Assembly: GCA_043228905.1 (NCBI GenBank)
Contig: JBHGNT010000006.1
Span: 5,394,001 to 5,458,000, forward strand
Length of the DNA stretch: 64,000 nt
DNA from: Azolla caroliniana
Lineage: Eukaryota; Plantae; Polypodiophyta
Direction of reading: 5' to 3'
Shown: piece after piece, positions 11,131-25,414 of the stretch
How the letters are laid out: each line of letters opens with the position of its first letter
Numbering within the stretch: the stretch's first letter is position 1
Notes under the pieces: generated by a model
Database searches by the model: none
Told to the model about the DNA's origin: nothing
Seen by the model: only the letters and a program-made list of their open reading frames with translations
Program-made: the position numbers and the translations under genes

Positions 11131-12172
11131 ACAAAATTGCAAATATTTGAACACGGTCTGCAAAATCTATCATGGTTGTGACTAGTTGAAGTAGATCAAA
11201 TAATTATGGACATCAAGATGGAAGATGAGTCGTTGCACTAGGTCAAGTAAAGTAAGGAGTCTAGACGCAACCCACAAAGCTAAGTGCATGATGGCAAGAG
11301 AGGAAGTCATTAGGGAAACTAGAGAAACATGAGAGGGACGATAAAAAATAGACAAGATGATACAATCTTATGCCCAGAGAACAAAGATATAATACATGGT
11401 CCCACGCTATTGCATGGTGTTCATGGAGAGTCGTGAATATCCTCTCCTTTTAGTCATAATTGTTTTCAAACCATTTTGAGAGGCTCATATAGATCCTTTT
11501 GTAAATGTCAATTCATCAGTTTTATAGTACATGGTTTTTGGCGAAGCAATATCATCATTTTACACTACTAATTTCAAATCATCTCTTTACGGAAGGGGCA
11601 TTTTGCATGAATAAAACATTCTACACATACATATTTTCGTTATTTTGAAAACATAAAACAATTTTAGTTACATTCTTTATCAGACTTACACAACTACCTT
11701 TAGTGTTGGGAAAATTTAAAGAGTTGACCAATCATTTGCAGCAATATAGAACCGCTTATATTACATATAACATCTATGCTTTCACATTGTGTTTTGACAC
11801 CTAATGTCTCATTCAATGCAGTACATACATTTAGTGCTCTCTCACCACGAAGACAAATTTGTCCTCACTTAACAATTTCCATAAGTATGATCGCTAATTA
11901 TTTTCAACAATAAATGCTTGCTGATAATCTGGTTGGTCAGTAACTCTATTAATTTCTGAATATCTAAAGTTCATTCGGCATAGTTTTGTTGAAAAATAAC
12001 CATAAAAGAATTTATCCATCAAAGTTCACTTTCTCTGCATCAGGGCTTTTGATTGTGAGATGTTGATAAGGGCACTGGGGCATAATAGATGCATGTGTAC
12101 ATATAATGCCACTGTTGCAATATAAGGTATTGAAAGAACCCACATACATTTGCTTCTTTCATGAGCATATGC

Positions 12173-12648
12173 TGTCTTCTTAAAGAAGTTATAATCTTGT
12201 GCATTACACACGATCTTACACTACAGACCCAACCCTTGAAACCTTAGTGAGCTTTCTGTTTTCTATTCCTCACTGCTTGATACCAAGTATTTATTTAAAG
12301 AACTTCACAAAAACCAGCAACAGTGTGAATAAGGACATGCTTCTTTACATACAAGGTGTTCTAAGCCAGCATCTTCATGGTAAGGGTCAACTTCAGAATA
12401 AAGGTTTATGATTGTCTTCTTACAGAAGTTATGATGTTGTGCATTACACACGATCTTACACTACAGACCCAACCCTTGAAACCTTAGTGAGCTTCCTGTT
12501 TTCTATTCCTCACTGCTTGATACCAAGTATTTATTTAAAGAGCTTCACAAAAACCAGCAACAGTGTGAATAAGGACATGCTTCTTTACATACAAGGTGTT
12601 CTAAGCCAGCATCTTCATGATAAGGGTCAACTTCGGAATAAAGGTTTG
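12173..12648. repeat. Two-copy tandem duplication, period 240 bp
   Basis: Near-identical blocks, for example gtgcattacacacgatc at 12199 and 12439. Confidence 0.95.
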
Positions 12649-13409
12649 TAACAATCAACCATGAGTGGACGACAAGCTCATGATACTTCAATTTGAAACC
12701 TGATTTTCAGCTTAGATTTGCTCTAAAAATATAAATCAACATCAAATGTGAAGCTTTAAGTTGTGGTAATACGCAATCGTAGTAATCTTTATTGGCAACA
12801 TAGTTTTATTGGGGTGTAAAGAGGACATGTTTATGATTCCAAACAACCGACTGAAGTGAACAAGCATTTTGTATGCACATGAGGATTTGAAGTTAATGAT
12901 AGAGCAAGCATATATTCCTGAACGGTTCATTCATGATAATTAAACTCTCTTCTCATGCATCTAAAACTTAATAGTGCCGTAAGTTGAATCACCAGAGAGA
13001 TGAAGAAATTTGTATCCTTTGCTTCACAAGAAATCCGCTTGACAACAGCCAAGTATGCATTTAAAGAATGCTCATGTTTTTAACTCCAGAGTTAGTTTTG
13101 CCTAAACAAATTTGAGCTTTTTGTTACATGTAAGAATTTGCATAGACTTTTTCGTCTACACATGTAGACTGAGAAAACCACTTTTCCAGCATGATTATCT
13201 TTTCTATCAAACCAACTCATTTTTATACCACTTTCAGGCATACACTTAGATATAACCAACCACTGATAAAGAAGCTAAACTATAATATACTCTTTTCATG
13301 AACTCAAGGTGGATATAGGTGAAACATAAGAGGAGACATACCTTAAAAGGTTCAACCACCACCAGAATGTGTTAAGAATAAAGTTAGTACCACTGTTACA
13401 TACAATACA

Positions 13410-14587
13410 CTAAGGATCTAGCAATGCACTACCTGGCGACATTGATGGTTGAACTCTCCTTCGTGCATCTATGACCTGTCTTTGCTTTTCATGGTTTTCA
13501 TTTTCACTATCCTCGACATTGTTTGGTAGCAACCTTTCAATTCTTTGCTCTGCAAGTATCATCTCTCTTTCTAAGTGGGTACAATAGCCTTCAAACATGT
13601 GTCCAGTCACTTGAAGCCGGAAGTCTAAATGGAATAGGAAATCAAGCTCTAGGTTGTTCAGTTCAGCATTGCTGATACCACCAACTCGTGCATAGAACGA
13701 GTTGTTATAATGCCTATTTAACATTGACAAACGAAAAGCAAGATAAGTATGAAACAAGATAAGTTCTCAAGTAGATATAAGTTAATAAGCAAGACACTGC
13801 TTGCAAAGCACACAATGTGATGCATTGCCTCTTGTTTGTAACTGTATTGATGCATTGACCTTGAATGAATACAAGTAAAGTAATTCTTTTCATCTTACAT
13901 TCAGCCTTTACAAAAACTTCCCAAACTCGGAAGTCATTGATTTTTATATTTGCTTCAAATGAACAATTGGGCATATGATCCTAACAATGTTGAGGGTTTC
14001 TTAATAAAAATTTGGATTAGAGAGAAAGAGTCATATGAAAAAAAAACACAAAAAAAAGAATTGGACTAGAGAGAAAGGACTCACACGTCATCAAGAAGCT
14101 TTGTTGCAACCATAATGCTAGTGATGAGCAAGCGATGCACATTGAGAGAGATCACGGGAACATTGGGTCGCTTGTGAACAAGATGATCGATGTAGATGAA
14201 CCCCACAACGAAACACGATGGGCTACAACTGGAGTACTTGTTTATCCGCTCCAAATATCTACGAATGCTTATGTTCGGAGGACGAAGACCATGGTATATC
14301 GTTAACTTCCTATGACTTGAGAGATCCTTAAGGCATTTCTCATTTCTTGACACCAGTCTCTCTAATGTAGCAGCCACTGCAAGGAGCACTCGGGGAACCT
14401 CTTTATCTACCCCTGTCTCATTATCTTTCTCTTTGTCTGATGATGATTCTGCAGCTTCCTCTTCTTCTTGATATTCTACCATGTGAAACCCGTCTTGAAC
14501 ACCCCCTGTTTTCCCCTTGTTCTTATGATGATACATCCTTTCTTCTTCATGTTTCACCGTACCCAAATCATCATGAACCTTACCCAT
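13410..14587 (-). CDS. CYCU: U/P-type (PHO80-like) cyclin, 268 aa; exons 14587-14085 and 13713-13410
   Basis: IYHGLRPPNISIRRYLERINKYSSCSPSCFVVGFIYID...SLNVHRLLITSIMVATKLLDDV|HYNNSFYARVGGISNAELNNLELDFLF. The GTGAGT donor and TAG acceptor join in frame. Confidence 0.95.
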
Positions 14588-15302
14588 TTCTCTTATGATT
14601 CTTCCTTTTAGATCTTTTCTTATTGGTGTTCTACAATGTGAAGCTCCTCTTCATTTCCCCCGTTAGGGTTCGTATTGGTGTTCTACGTGATGTTCCACCA
14701 TGTAAAAACCCCTCTTTTTTCTTCTTTAATTTCCTTCCTTCTTTCTTCAGTTCTCTTCTTCTCTCTTCTTTCTTCTAGATCCTTCACTGTTTCAAGAACA
14801 GCTCTCCTATTGCTCGCACTCTATCTCGTTAGAGATCATTCCGACTAAATACATCATCAAAATTTTCACGGATGTAGAGATGGTGATGATTATGGTAGTC
14901 CTGTTTTGTTGCATCTAACTCTTCTTCCAGAAACATTCGCCGAAAATAACTATGAAAAAAACAAAGCGAATCTTGAGTATGTACATAGGGTATCGAGCAC
15001 TGAGCTCTTTTAATTTGTAGCACCTGATGAATAGAGAGAGAGAGAGCTATGAAAAAGCTTCAAAACAGAAGAAGAAGGGAAGATCAAGAATACCCCAATC
15101 CCTGTTGATTCAAAAAGGAGAGCAGAGACGAATTCTTACCTTTCATTTGTAGATCAGATACAGTGGGTGAGAGAATCTGTGGGCATTTACAGGAGGGAAA
15201 AGGAATTGTGAGGATGAAGAAAGAGAAATCAATTAGTTATATCATAAATCTAAAAAATATTTTATAGGGAATGAATGGTATGTATATGAAAACTTCTTTT
15301 GC

Positions 15303-15348
15303 CCACCATCACCATCACCATCACCATCACCATCACCATCATCATCAC
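15303..15348. repeat. (CACCAT)n/(CAT)n microsatellite
   Basis: Directly visible. Confidence 0.9.
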
Positions 15349-18115
15349 TTGTAAGTTTGTAAGTTGTAACTATCTTCCTCTCATTGTTTCTTTAGTTCTC
15401 TACTAACCCTCATGTCCATGGTGCAAACTCCATTCCTTTAGTCCTATTAGCCACTCATCTCGCATCTTTCATTGCATTGGATCAAGCAGACATAAATGAG
15501 CATGGGGATGGCATGGGGTTTTTTGTCGTGGGTCAGCCAAGGCAAAGGAAGGGCCTTTTGTCCGAGGATCAAGCAAACCAACGGAGGGGGGGGTGTGGAT
15601 GTGTGTGGACCAGGAAATGTTTTTTGTCGTGTCCTTAGTGAGCACAAATGAGTGTAGGAAGAAGAGAAGGCCTTTTGGTTGAGAAACTAGCCGAGGACCA
15701 TGTATTCTCTCAAACTGACTTCAAATCTCGAGCTTACATGGAACTCGATGTTTCGTGGGTGAAATAGATGTAAAAAATCCATAGATCATCCCCATGCGTC
15801 TTTGTCCTCCACATAGTAGTGATCTTCCATATAGAGAACCTTGTCATTTCGTAAATCAAGTTTGGACACCTCGTGGAATAATAAACAACCACAAAATGTA
15901 GCCTCTCATCATAATTTTACTCACCTTATCTTCATATTATTATCTATTATGATATTTTCTCCCTTATTCTATAGTTCACCATTTTACCCTAGGATGCATT
16001 AACCTAGAAACTTTATGGGTCACCATTTTACCTCTAAAGCTAAGGTTTCCACCCCTCATATTTTCAATTATATTTTCTTGGCATGCGTCCAAGATGCCCA
16101 TTTTCAAATACTTCGGAAGATTCCCTTCCAAATGGGTTATCTTCTAATATTGAACAAACATGACCAACATGATTTATTTGATAGCCATCAATGTTTTTAA
16201 GAAGTTGATTGACATGTAAATTCAAGATTTTCATACTTCTGTGCTCGTTAAAGTAAATATTGTTCCAACACTTCAGAGCTTCACATTCACTCCTTCCTTT
16301 GGAGGTCCAATCAAATTCATGGATGTCAAATACACAACTTGAATCAACGTGCTTTGTTTTTTTGCAAATTAAGCCTAAACAAAAGGGGTATGGGCATTCT
16401 ATAAAGCATTGAATCATAGATATATTCTATTGGTGTTTGTGCTTCTTCTAGCCAATGAGATTCTATTCATTGTATGGGGGTTAATTTGTCACACATTATT
16501 GACATATATTGCTCCTATAAAATGTTTCACATCAATGACAAAGTCATTTGATTATGGTCCGAGATAACACTTCTAAAGTTGCAAACAAATTCAAATCATG
16601 ATATTTTCTTCATTGAATTTGCAATTCGAATTTTGATAATTGGTCATAAAGATATCTTATTACATACAAAATTCTAGGTCTTAATGTCAACTATAAAAAA
16701 TTATTATCCCCCTAAAACATATGAATAAAAATACCAACTCATGAATAAGTCTATTAACACATTGAGGGCAATAGATAATCCATGTTTTTAAGTTGTTCCT
16801 ATTTTGACTTACTTTATATAATTGCCTTTGAAAGCTTTTTAAATTGAGTCGTTCCCAGGGTGATGAAGTCTTGATGTCAATGTTTAAAAGCCATATTGGT
16901 TGTGTCATGATCATACAAGACGGCATGCATCACTTGGAATGACCACTTTTATAAAATGCCAAAAACTTTAGCGAATATGATACCATTGTGTATACATACA
17001 TTATAGTCATGGTGGGTCTTCTTGTATCTTGAAAGATTAGGTCAAACCTTGTGTTTCATTAACCCTAATAGTGATCTTAGAGCATGAGGTCTATCTACAA
17101 TAGGATGAAGTGGAAGAACATTGAAAGACTTCATGGAGCCTGCACGAAGTGTGGCCAACACAATAGATGAAGAGGAGAAGTAATTGAGTAAGTGATCGTT
17201 AAGAAGTAAAGGAAACAGTCAAAGTGGGGGGCTAAATCATTCGAAGACATGTGTCATGTCTACTATTGGCTCATCATACTCAAGAAGGTCTCGAAGGAAC
17301 TTCATGAATCTAGAATAAGGAGGCTTGAAGATTCATCACTTTTACGTCAAACTTCAACCTATGGAAAATATTGATTCATTACGTTCTGATTCCAAGGTGG
17401 CAATGGAAGCTCATCAATAGGAAGAAACTCACTAGTATGAACAATGAAGATGAGGAGGATCTCAACCAACTAGCAATATGAACCGTCTAACTTCATCTTG
17501 AAGACAACACTTTTCAATACTAGATTTCCAAAACTTGGGGGATATTTTGAAGTCGCACAACACAACACATATGAGATGTCTACATTGAACAATGTCAACT
17601 TGATGTAGAGGTTCTATACATTCTTAGAGAAGAAGTTGCCATTGTTGGAGGAGTTTTATTGCTTCATTAATGAATTTGAAGTTTGTTTTTGTCACTTATG
17701 TTTGTGACTAACTAACAATTACCTTCCTCCTTGGCTCATTGCATGTTTGGCAAACATGCACCTTCTTGTTAGCGAAGCAGTTGAAGTATGGGTGTTAATC
17801 CACCTTCAAGTGTACAATTGAATCATCTAACATCTATTAGTTAACTTCTTAAAAACTGTCTAGTCTTAACTATAACAAAAACACTTAAGATGACAACAAC
17901 CAAAATAGAGTTACCTTACATGTTAATCATGCACAAGTAAAATGAAAAGGTAAATAAAAACATTAAGAAATCGCAAAAGCAAACGTTACTCATCAAGGTC
18001 TTGTATTCCTCAACCTTTCCAAGTGCACTTCCACCCTAGCTTCCTAAGATCTTGAAACATGATTAATGTAACTTAGATTAAGGAAGCCTAAAAGAGAGAT
18101 TGTGGATCTCTAGTT

Positions 18116-18116
<1 letters not shown>

Positions 18117-18156
<40 letters not shown>
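18117..18156. repeat. (GA)n microsatellite
   Basis: Directly visible. Confidence 0.95.
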
Positions 18157-18159
<3 letters not shown>

Positions 18160-19134
18160 TCAAAACTAAGGAGTGAGAACAAGTATAAATGTTTATATCT
18201 GGAACACTTGGAGGACTCAAACATTCCTCCACAACTTGCCTTCTCTCTTCTGCTCTCTTCCACAGAGGTTTGGGGGACGATTAGCACACAAAATTAGGCT
18301 TACTACATGAGATTAACGTAAATACACTATATTAAGACCAAATGAACACGTATTAAGATTTAGATGATAATTGATATAAGAAATCTTGTTATAAAATAGG
18401 GTTTACAAAATATTTATAGTGAAAAAGTAAAATGGTGATAACGAGAACTGATACAATGAATCATTACATGAGAAAATGGTATGGTGGGTTAGTTGCAAGG
18501 ATCCAAGATTCATGGCATTCGATGAAGCCTTGCCTACCATCAACGGCTACACCACCTTGATTGTTGAGGTAGTGTCCTCATGCCACTTTGAGCCTCCATC
18601 CTTGCCCAATCAGCTAACTCTACCTTCTTTTCTCATTCACCCCGTCTCTTCAAGTGAAACAAACCCAAACACTCTCAACATCTAAACCCTTAAACCCTTG
18701 AGAAGAAAAAAACAAAGTAGAGAAAATTAACTTAAACTCTCATTAAGATGATAAAGAAGGAAATTCTAATTCTCAATATACGTTGAGAATAAGAAGAAAG
18801 AAACCCTAAAGTTCGAAGAAGAAGAATAATAAACCCTAAAATCTCAAGTGGAGAAGAAGAAAATTAAGAAAAATCTTATAAAACTCTAACATATCGAACA
18901 AACAGAGAGGAAATTGATGAGTTGGTATAAGCTTATGATTTATCTATATTATTAAATACGCTTCGATAAGGAATCTATTTTTAAATTCAGATATCTTCGA
19001 TATTTGACTTCCCTTCCTAAGAGCTACTTGAGAGGAATTAGGTAGCCTAGCACGCTAGCAAAGATTGAAACTTTGCACTTCTTTATACTTAGTCAACGGC
19101 TCTAACTCACTAAGCCATTTACCTTCATTTATTA

Positions 19135-19135
<1 letters not shown>

Positions 19136-19182
<47 letters not shown>

Positions 19183-19183
19183 C
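19136..19183. repeat. (ACAT)n(AT)n microsatellite
   Basis: Directly visible. Confidence 0.95.
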
Positions 19184-19887
19184 TTTTTGTGGCTATGGCT
19201 AGACTTTTTATCCACTTTCAACCTTCGAACACGCCACATCACAACACCATAGTCATTGATAAGATAATATATGAAGCCATTATATTCAAATACTTCTCTC
19301 ACAACTTGGTATTTTGTCCCATGACTATTGATAGCCCTAGTATATGGAAGAAAACGAGTCATGACTCATCATAGTGAACCAATCCACGATTGTGAGGATA
19401 ACATCAAAACCTTTAGAAGATCAAATATGTGATGAAATCCAAAGAAATAGATTTCTGCTCATCATTGAAAACGGGTAATGGTTGCAACAACACATACATA
19501 TGATGTTGATGTGTCTCAAAGTGTGAATATACAATCACAAGTGAGAACATAGTCCTCTATGAAATACAAAGTTGAAGACACCAATAATATTTCATGGTAA
19601 TTAGCTTTGAAGTCTTGAGAACCCCAATATTCCCAACCATTGGTAGATCATGGTAGTACTACAAGGGTTGGAGCTCTCAAATAATATTATTTTCCGTATG
19701 CTAAAAATTCCTTGGTATATTCATGAAATAACTAATCAATCTCAAAAAATGAACATGAAGATACCCAATATTTCTCAAAACATTTACGTGAATATATCCA
19801 ATAAACCTCAAAATATACCATTTTACATATGCTAAAAAACATTTGGCTGATTCACGAGAAGCATATTCATGTACCCGAAGTGTCCAT

Positions 19888-20143
19888 ATCAAGTGCAAAA
19901 GACAATCTTCCATTCATCCCTTAAAACAAATCTTGTTAGAAGAGTGGAGCCATGGGGGGCCTACACCCCAGCATGGGTTGAGTAAAAGAATGTAAACATA
20001 GAATAGCAAGTATATGATCAAGTGCAAGAGACAATCTTCCATTCATCCCTTAAATAAATCTTGTGAGAAGAGTGGAGCCATGGGAGCCTACACCCCAACA
20101 TGGGTTGAGTAAAAAAATGTAAACATAGAATAGCAAGTATATG
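19888..20143. repeat. Two-copy tandem duplication, period 129 bp
   Basis: atcaagtgcaa.agacaatcttccattc...gcaagtatatg starts at 19888 and 20017. Confidence 0.92.
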
Positions 20144-21028
20144 GTCATTTTATTTATGAGGATAACACATTTCTTTAACAAAGTGTTGGCCTTTTTTATA
20201 TGCTTTTGCCATAACCCTCGATCAAGAAATATGAAAAAGGGACTACAAAAGTGATGCTTTAAATACATTCCTCATTTAATGAGTCGAAAAGTAACATCTA
20301 TGAGAATGAGAGGATTAGATACTCCTTTCAATACATCATCTCTCTCATTCGGTGCATTGCATGTGCTACTATACTAATATGTATGCAAATAACTAGATAA
20401 AAAAAAACAAGGTAATTAACTCATTTACATATTCTATTCTTGAATTTGGTGGACAACATACTTACAAATTTATAAACCTCTCAAACATCAAGCTTTGTGA
20501 AGTACTTGGCTTTTCTAAGTGTTGGACTAGGAAGGCTAGTTGTATAAAAGATCATGTAAATACCTTGAACTATAGGCATTGTAAGTTTGCTTTCCAACAA
20601 CAAAAGCTCTAGTGCGGGGAGGTCATGTTAAATATCTAGTTTGAGCTTGTCGCTTGGTTGCGCGGACGGTATGATTCAATTCAGGGGGAATCGGATGAAG
20701 TAGAAAGGGCAAGGTCAAAGTTCTTGCTGAAATGGGGTGGTTCTCCCATGATGGTCAAATCTTCGTCGAGGCCTAAGTGGAATTACAAGGCGCCTAGGTG
20801 GTTGTTTCCACTGATGGCTCCCAATATTGTACATGGGTTGTAATTATGTATGTATAGTTGAAGCCCAAGTGGGTTAGTATAGTCATGTTACCTAGATAAC
20901 TTTGTTATAAAGGAGTTAGTTGGGAGAAGTAGAGTCGGGGTAAAATGGGTTTTATTTCAGTTTCATTGCAGTTAAGGGTCGTGTGAGATCTTTCTTCAAC
21001 AATATACGAATAGGCATATTCCCTTGAG

Positions 21029-22890
21029 TTACAATTTTGTCTTCACAAAGAGAGAATGACGTTGTCCAAAGGGCAAAACATTGAAGTAAAGGCATTCATG
21101 AGAGTTTTTATAACCCCTAACCCCCAACAAGACATGTAATGATGAAAACATACCATACCAAAATAGACTAGTTTGAGAAGGTTGAAAGGAAGACATTGTA
21201 AAGATGTTATCCATTTCTACATACATAATGTTCCCTCCCCAAATTGTTCTACAAACATGGGTTTTGTTTTCCATCGCCGAAGAAGAAAAAGTCAGCCACT
21301 CCCCACAGACTCAACTTCACCTTTATCAAAGTCAGCCCAATTCAACCTAATTCTCTTCCCTAACATTACCCCCTCCTCTTATGTAAATAGTAGGTTCAAT
21401 ATGAGGGGTTGGTGCAACCATTCCTCCGTACATGATGGTAGAGATTGGATTGAGTTATGTTTCAAATCCCACAATGCCTTCATGATACCTCGAAAAAACT
21501 TATCATGGAGAAAAATATCAATGGAATGGTTAAAATCTTTTAAAAACCACCATCTAATACTATATTTCCAATTGCCACCTATAGAAGGCATAACTTTAAC
21601 CATTCTCTGCCTTAAGATTTTTTTACAAGGCTCCCCACCAGACAACAAACCTCTTATAATAAAATTTACGAAAAAAACCTTACATTGTAAAAGAGGATCA
21701 ATCAATCCAAGACCACCCTCGTCCTTTGGAGCTATAATAACTTTCCAAGATACATTGGCTCTCACATATGAGCAATCTTTAGATCCCCAAAGGAAATTCC
21801 TAATAAGCCCTTGTACTTCTGATAAAGTAGAACATGCGCACAACCAAGTCGATAAAATGTACCACATGGAAGCCATCAATACTTGATTTGCAACAACCCC
21901 CCAACCTACCAATGATAATTTAGCAATATTCTAATATAACAATTTCTTCCTTATAGCAAGCAACAAAGGAGCTACATGATCTTCCGATGAAAGATTAATA
22001 CCTACCTGATATCCCAAGTATCTTATAGGTTTACCATGCGAAATTCATTGAAACCCTTCCTATGGACACCACAAAGGGTTTATTGTGGTACTTGCCTAGA
22101 ACCCCACCGACTTATTCCAATTAATAACAGTTCCAAAAGCATAGCAAAATATATCAATAGCCCGTTGTACTCTAGAAAGATTATCGTGAGAACCTTCCAA
22201 ATACAAGGTTGTATCATTAGCAAATTGGCAATCCACAATTTGTTCCTCTAACCATGGCCATTGCAGCCTTTTTATATTCACAACATTACTTGTAAGAAAA
22301 CTACTAAAAGCTTCTCCAATTATCAAATATAAAAAAGGAGCCAACGGACATCCCTGTCTCACTAACTTCGAAATTGAAAATGCTTGGCCTAGCTCTCCAA
22401 CTACTAATACCCTACTAGTAGCTGAGTTGTAAAGAGTTGAGATAGTTGTTAACCATTGATTAGGAAAACCCAACTTTTCCATGGTGCCCCTCAAAAAAGA
22501 ACAATCTACTCGGTGATAAGCCTTTTCGAAATCCAACAACAAGATTGCTAAATCCTCTTTCCTTTCTTGTGAAATTGCAACCACTTCCCAAAATAAAAAA
22601 ATGTTATCCAATATACTCCTATCTTGTAAGAACCATGTTTGAGTGTTATGAATGAAAAAATGGTTGCAATCTCATAGCCAACAACTTAGCATATATTTTG
22701 TAAATAGTATTCAATATAGTAATGGATCACCGCTTCCTAATATCAGCCACTACCCCTCCGGCTTAGGAATAAGATATATCATACCTTCTATCCATTTATG
22801 TGGCATAAATCTAGTGTCAAACACCTCCTGGAATGCAGTAGTAATTGCTCAACTATCTTGTGAGTATAAAATATTTGTAGCACGTGTTAC
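21029..22890 (-). mobile_element. L1/Tx1-clade LINE ORF2 (reverse transcriptase) remnant
   Basis: LLDFEKAYHRVD, VRQGCPLAPFLYLI, QFANDTTL (decayed FADD), INWNKS, RNFLWG and PKDEGGLGLID, spread over frameshifted ORFs. Confidence 0.93.
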
Positions 22891-24858
22891 ACCTACACCA
22901 CCCAGATGAAATATGAGCATAGACAAGATGAACTTGTGTCAGTTGTTAACATTGTATATGTATGCTTGATCATCAACGCAAAGAATTACTATGCCTAATT
23001 CGGAACTTACAAAGCAAAGGGAAAAAGAAGCATGTGTACACATAAATATGTAAGGATAAATGGAACAATTGGATGAGGACTTTTGACACTAAAGAAAAAG
23101 GAAATCAACATCGAGCAGATTATTCACATGGTATGCATTACATCATCATACATAAATATAGATATTGGTGACATTTTATGTTTATAAAAAAGGATGATTC
23201 TTAACTTCTTTGACACTAATGTGGATGCGTGAGTTCAAATACTCCGTGCGCCACCTAATTAGTTTCAATTTTTATAAAAATAATGTTCTATAATGGATAC
23301 ACTCACTTTCCCAAAGGCATTTAGTGTTTATATATGGAAAACATATGTATCAAACATGTTACAACATGACTATAAATGATATATTCATGGAAAATATTTT
23401 CTTTGATTTTTGGCCATCCAATGTTCGTAAAAAAGTATATATCTATTATTGCGACAATGGTTGGGGAGTGGGAAAATCAAGTTTTTTTAATAAGATTTAT
23501 GGTTATTAGGATCCCCCACTGCTAACTAGTTGTGGATTGCACTTAATCAAGCCCACACATCCAATTTTCTTGCCTATGTGCAAATTGTAGGCTTTTGGAC
23601 CCTAGTGAATAGCAATAATATTGATGCCTTGAATCTGAGGGGGAAATAGGACAGATCCACTTCATGTTATTTGGTGTCCCTAGCTTCATTCAACACATTT
23701 GTTGTCATAGGTTCACGAGATTACATATACAAGCATTCTATGTAATCCATGTAAGGGATCTCATTCTTGAGTTCATCCGCCCAATGAAACTTTGCCTCCT
23801 TCAAGCCATTGATTCCTCACCTATCATGGCCCTAGACCTACGAAGCATCTTTGCATTAATGGAAGGATGTGCTTGGTTTCTCCAATGTTTTCTATGTTGT
23901 TGGCATTCTGTTACTTTTAATTTAGTTTGATTGTTTTGTCTTTGTCATGTGGCATTAATGTGAGATGTGATTGCTTTAACTTGCGAAATAAGCTTCGAGT
24001 TAAAGTTTAGCTTCACACTCCCTTTGTCTCGTTTAAGGTTTGTGGTAGACCAAACTTAAAGTTTTATTTGCATGTTGTTAGGGTTTAAATTTAATTCTCT
24101 CTTTTGTTTCAATCCGTCTTGCAACTTCGTCTTCCTAACCAACACATGAGTAATGTTGGTAATATTAGAGTGTGACCCATGATAATTTCCGACATTACAT
24201 GGGTACTAGTTTGATTCTTTCTAAACCAAAAGTAATGCTTTATGTGCATTATTGGGAAGTAACATGACGTGTCATGGCAACATTCTCTCGTTATAAAACG
24301 TATGCATGACCCATTTAACTCAAATTGCATTTTGTAGTCAATGTAGAAGATAACTTAAATGCATAGTGTTGTAATAACAACACAAATACATTGAAAATAT
24401 AAAGATAGTGCCTAATTGGGGAGTACTACAACATTCACATCAATTTGATCTAATGAATTGTTTATTATCAACAAATAACCGTATTAAGATTTATCAATTT
24501 ATATCACATGATGGTATGCCTAGTGGTGGAGATTGTGCTTAACACCCTTTGTTTGGTGGTTCAATTCTCACGTGTGATAGGTCTCATTTGGTGTTCATTA
24601 TTTTTATTCATATTTCTCATTTTCGATTTCATTTTTCCTAATAATAGCCTAACACTTTCATTCTCCACAATCCAAGGAGCAAAAAAGATAGCATTGCCTT
24701 ATACAAGCCAATTCAACAAAGAAAGAAAGAATAGGGTCTGCCATTTTATTTTTGAGACTCCACCCTACTTTACAAATACTTCCCACAAAGGATAGAAAAT
24801 ATGTCATTCATTGCCTTCAAAAGTCAAATGCCACAATCAACAAAATGAGCATAGTATT

Positions 24859-25414
24859 GCATGTGGACAGATAGAAAGCATTTCCCATTGTCTGTGGGAA
24901 TGTCGTGAGGCAGTGGCTGTATGGGGAAGGGCATTACGTTTGCTTTGCCATGCCTCTAGTTCGTTCACCCTCAACTGGGGACAAACGCCCTCCAACTGAA
25001 TCAATTAAGCTAATCTGCCACACATTAATAACTAAATTGAGAGCTCAATATGAGCAGATTGATGGTACTAATGATGTTGCAAAATTAATGAGGCTGAATT
25101 TTAGAAAGCGGTGGTGTACTACACGCGACAATAAATGGAATGGATATACACTGGCAATATGTAGTACCCCCATGGTTGTTCCCCCCTCCCATTAGTTGAA
25201 CGAGGGGCGTGAAAGAGATGTTATGTGGGATAGTGAATGCAGGTGATGTGTATGAAAGGATGGCTAGAGGCACATGTGAAAGTGTAAGATAAATAAGTGA
25301 GATTTCTTATGAAGGTTAGGATAGTCTAGGCAAGGCCTACTCAAGAAAGGGATCGAGTTTGTGAATATTTTAACTAATGGAGTATATTCTTTTTTGGAAA
25401 ATAAAAATAAAAAT
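24859..25414 (+). mobile_element. 5-prime-truncated LINE 3-prime end with A-rich tail and target-site duplication
   Basis: zf-RVT-like ACGQIESISHCLWECREAVAVW, an (AAAAAT)n tail, and a 16-bp TSD AAATGAGCATAGTATT at 24843-24858 and 25415-25430. Confidence 0.88.

Noticed and set aside
15303-15348. His-tag-like CACCAT repeat suggesting vector contamination
   Set aside because: Not in an ORF and no vector sequence around it. It is a natural microsatellite.
15900-19130. Possible decayed transposase or LTR sequence
   Set aside because: It looks TE-derived, but I could not find diagnostic motifs or boundaries.
24508-24580. tRNA gene or SINE head (tgcctagtgg...ggttcaattct); similar B-box-like words near 1538 and 23232
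   Set aside because: No cloverleaf, TSD or tail that I can define. Too degenerate to call.
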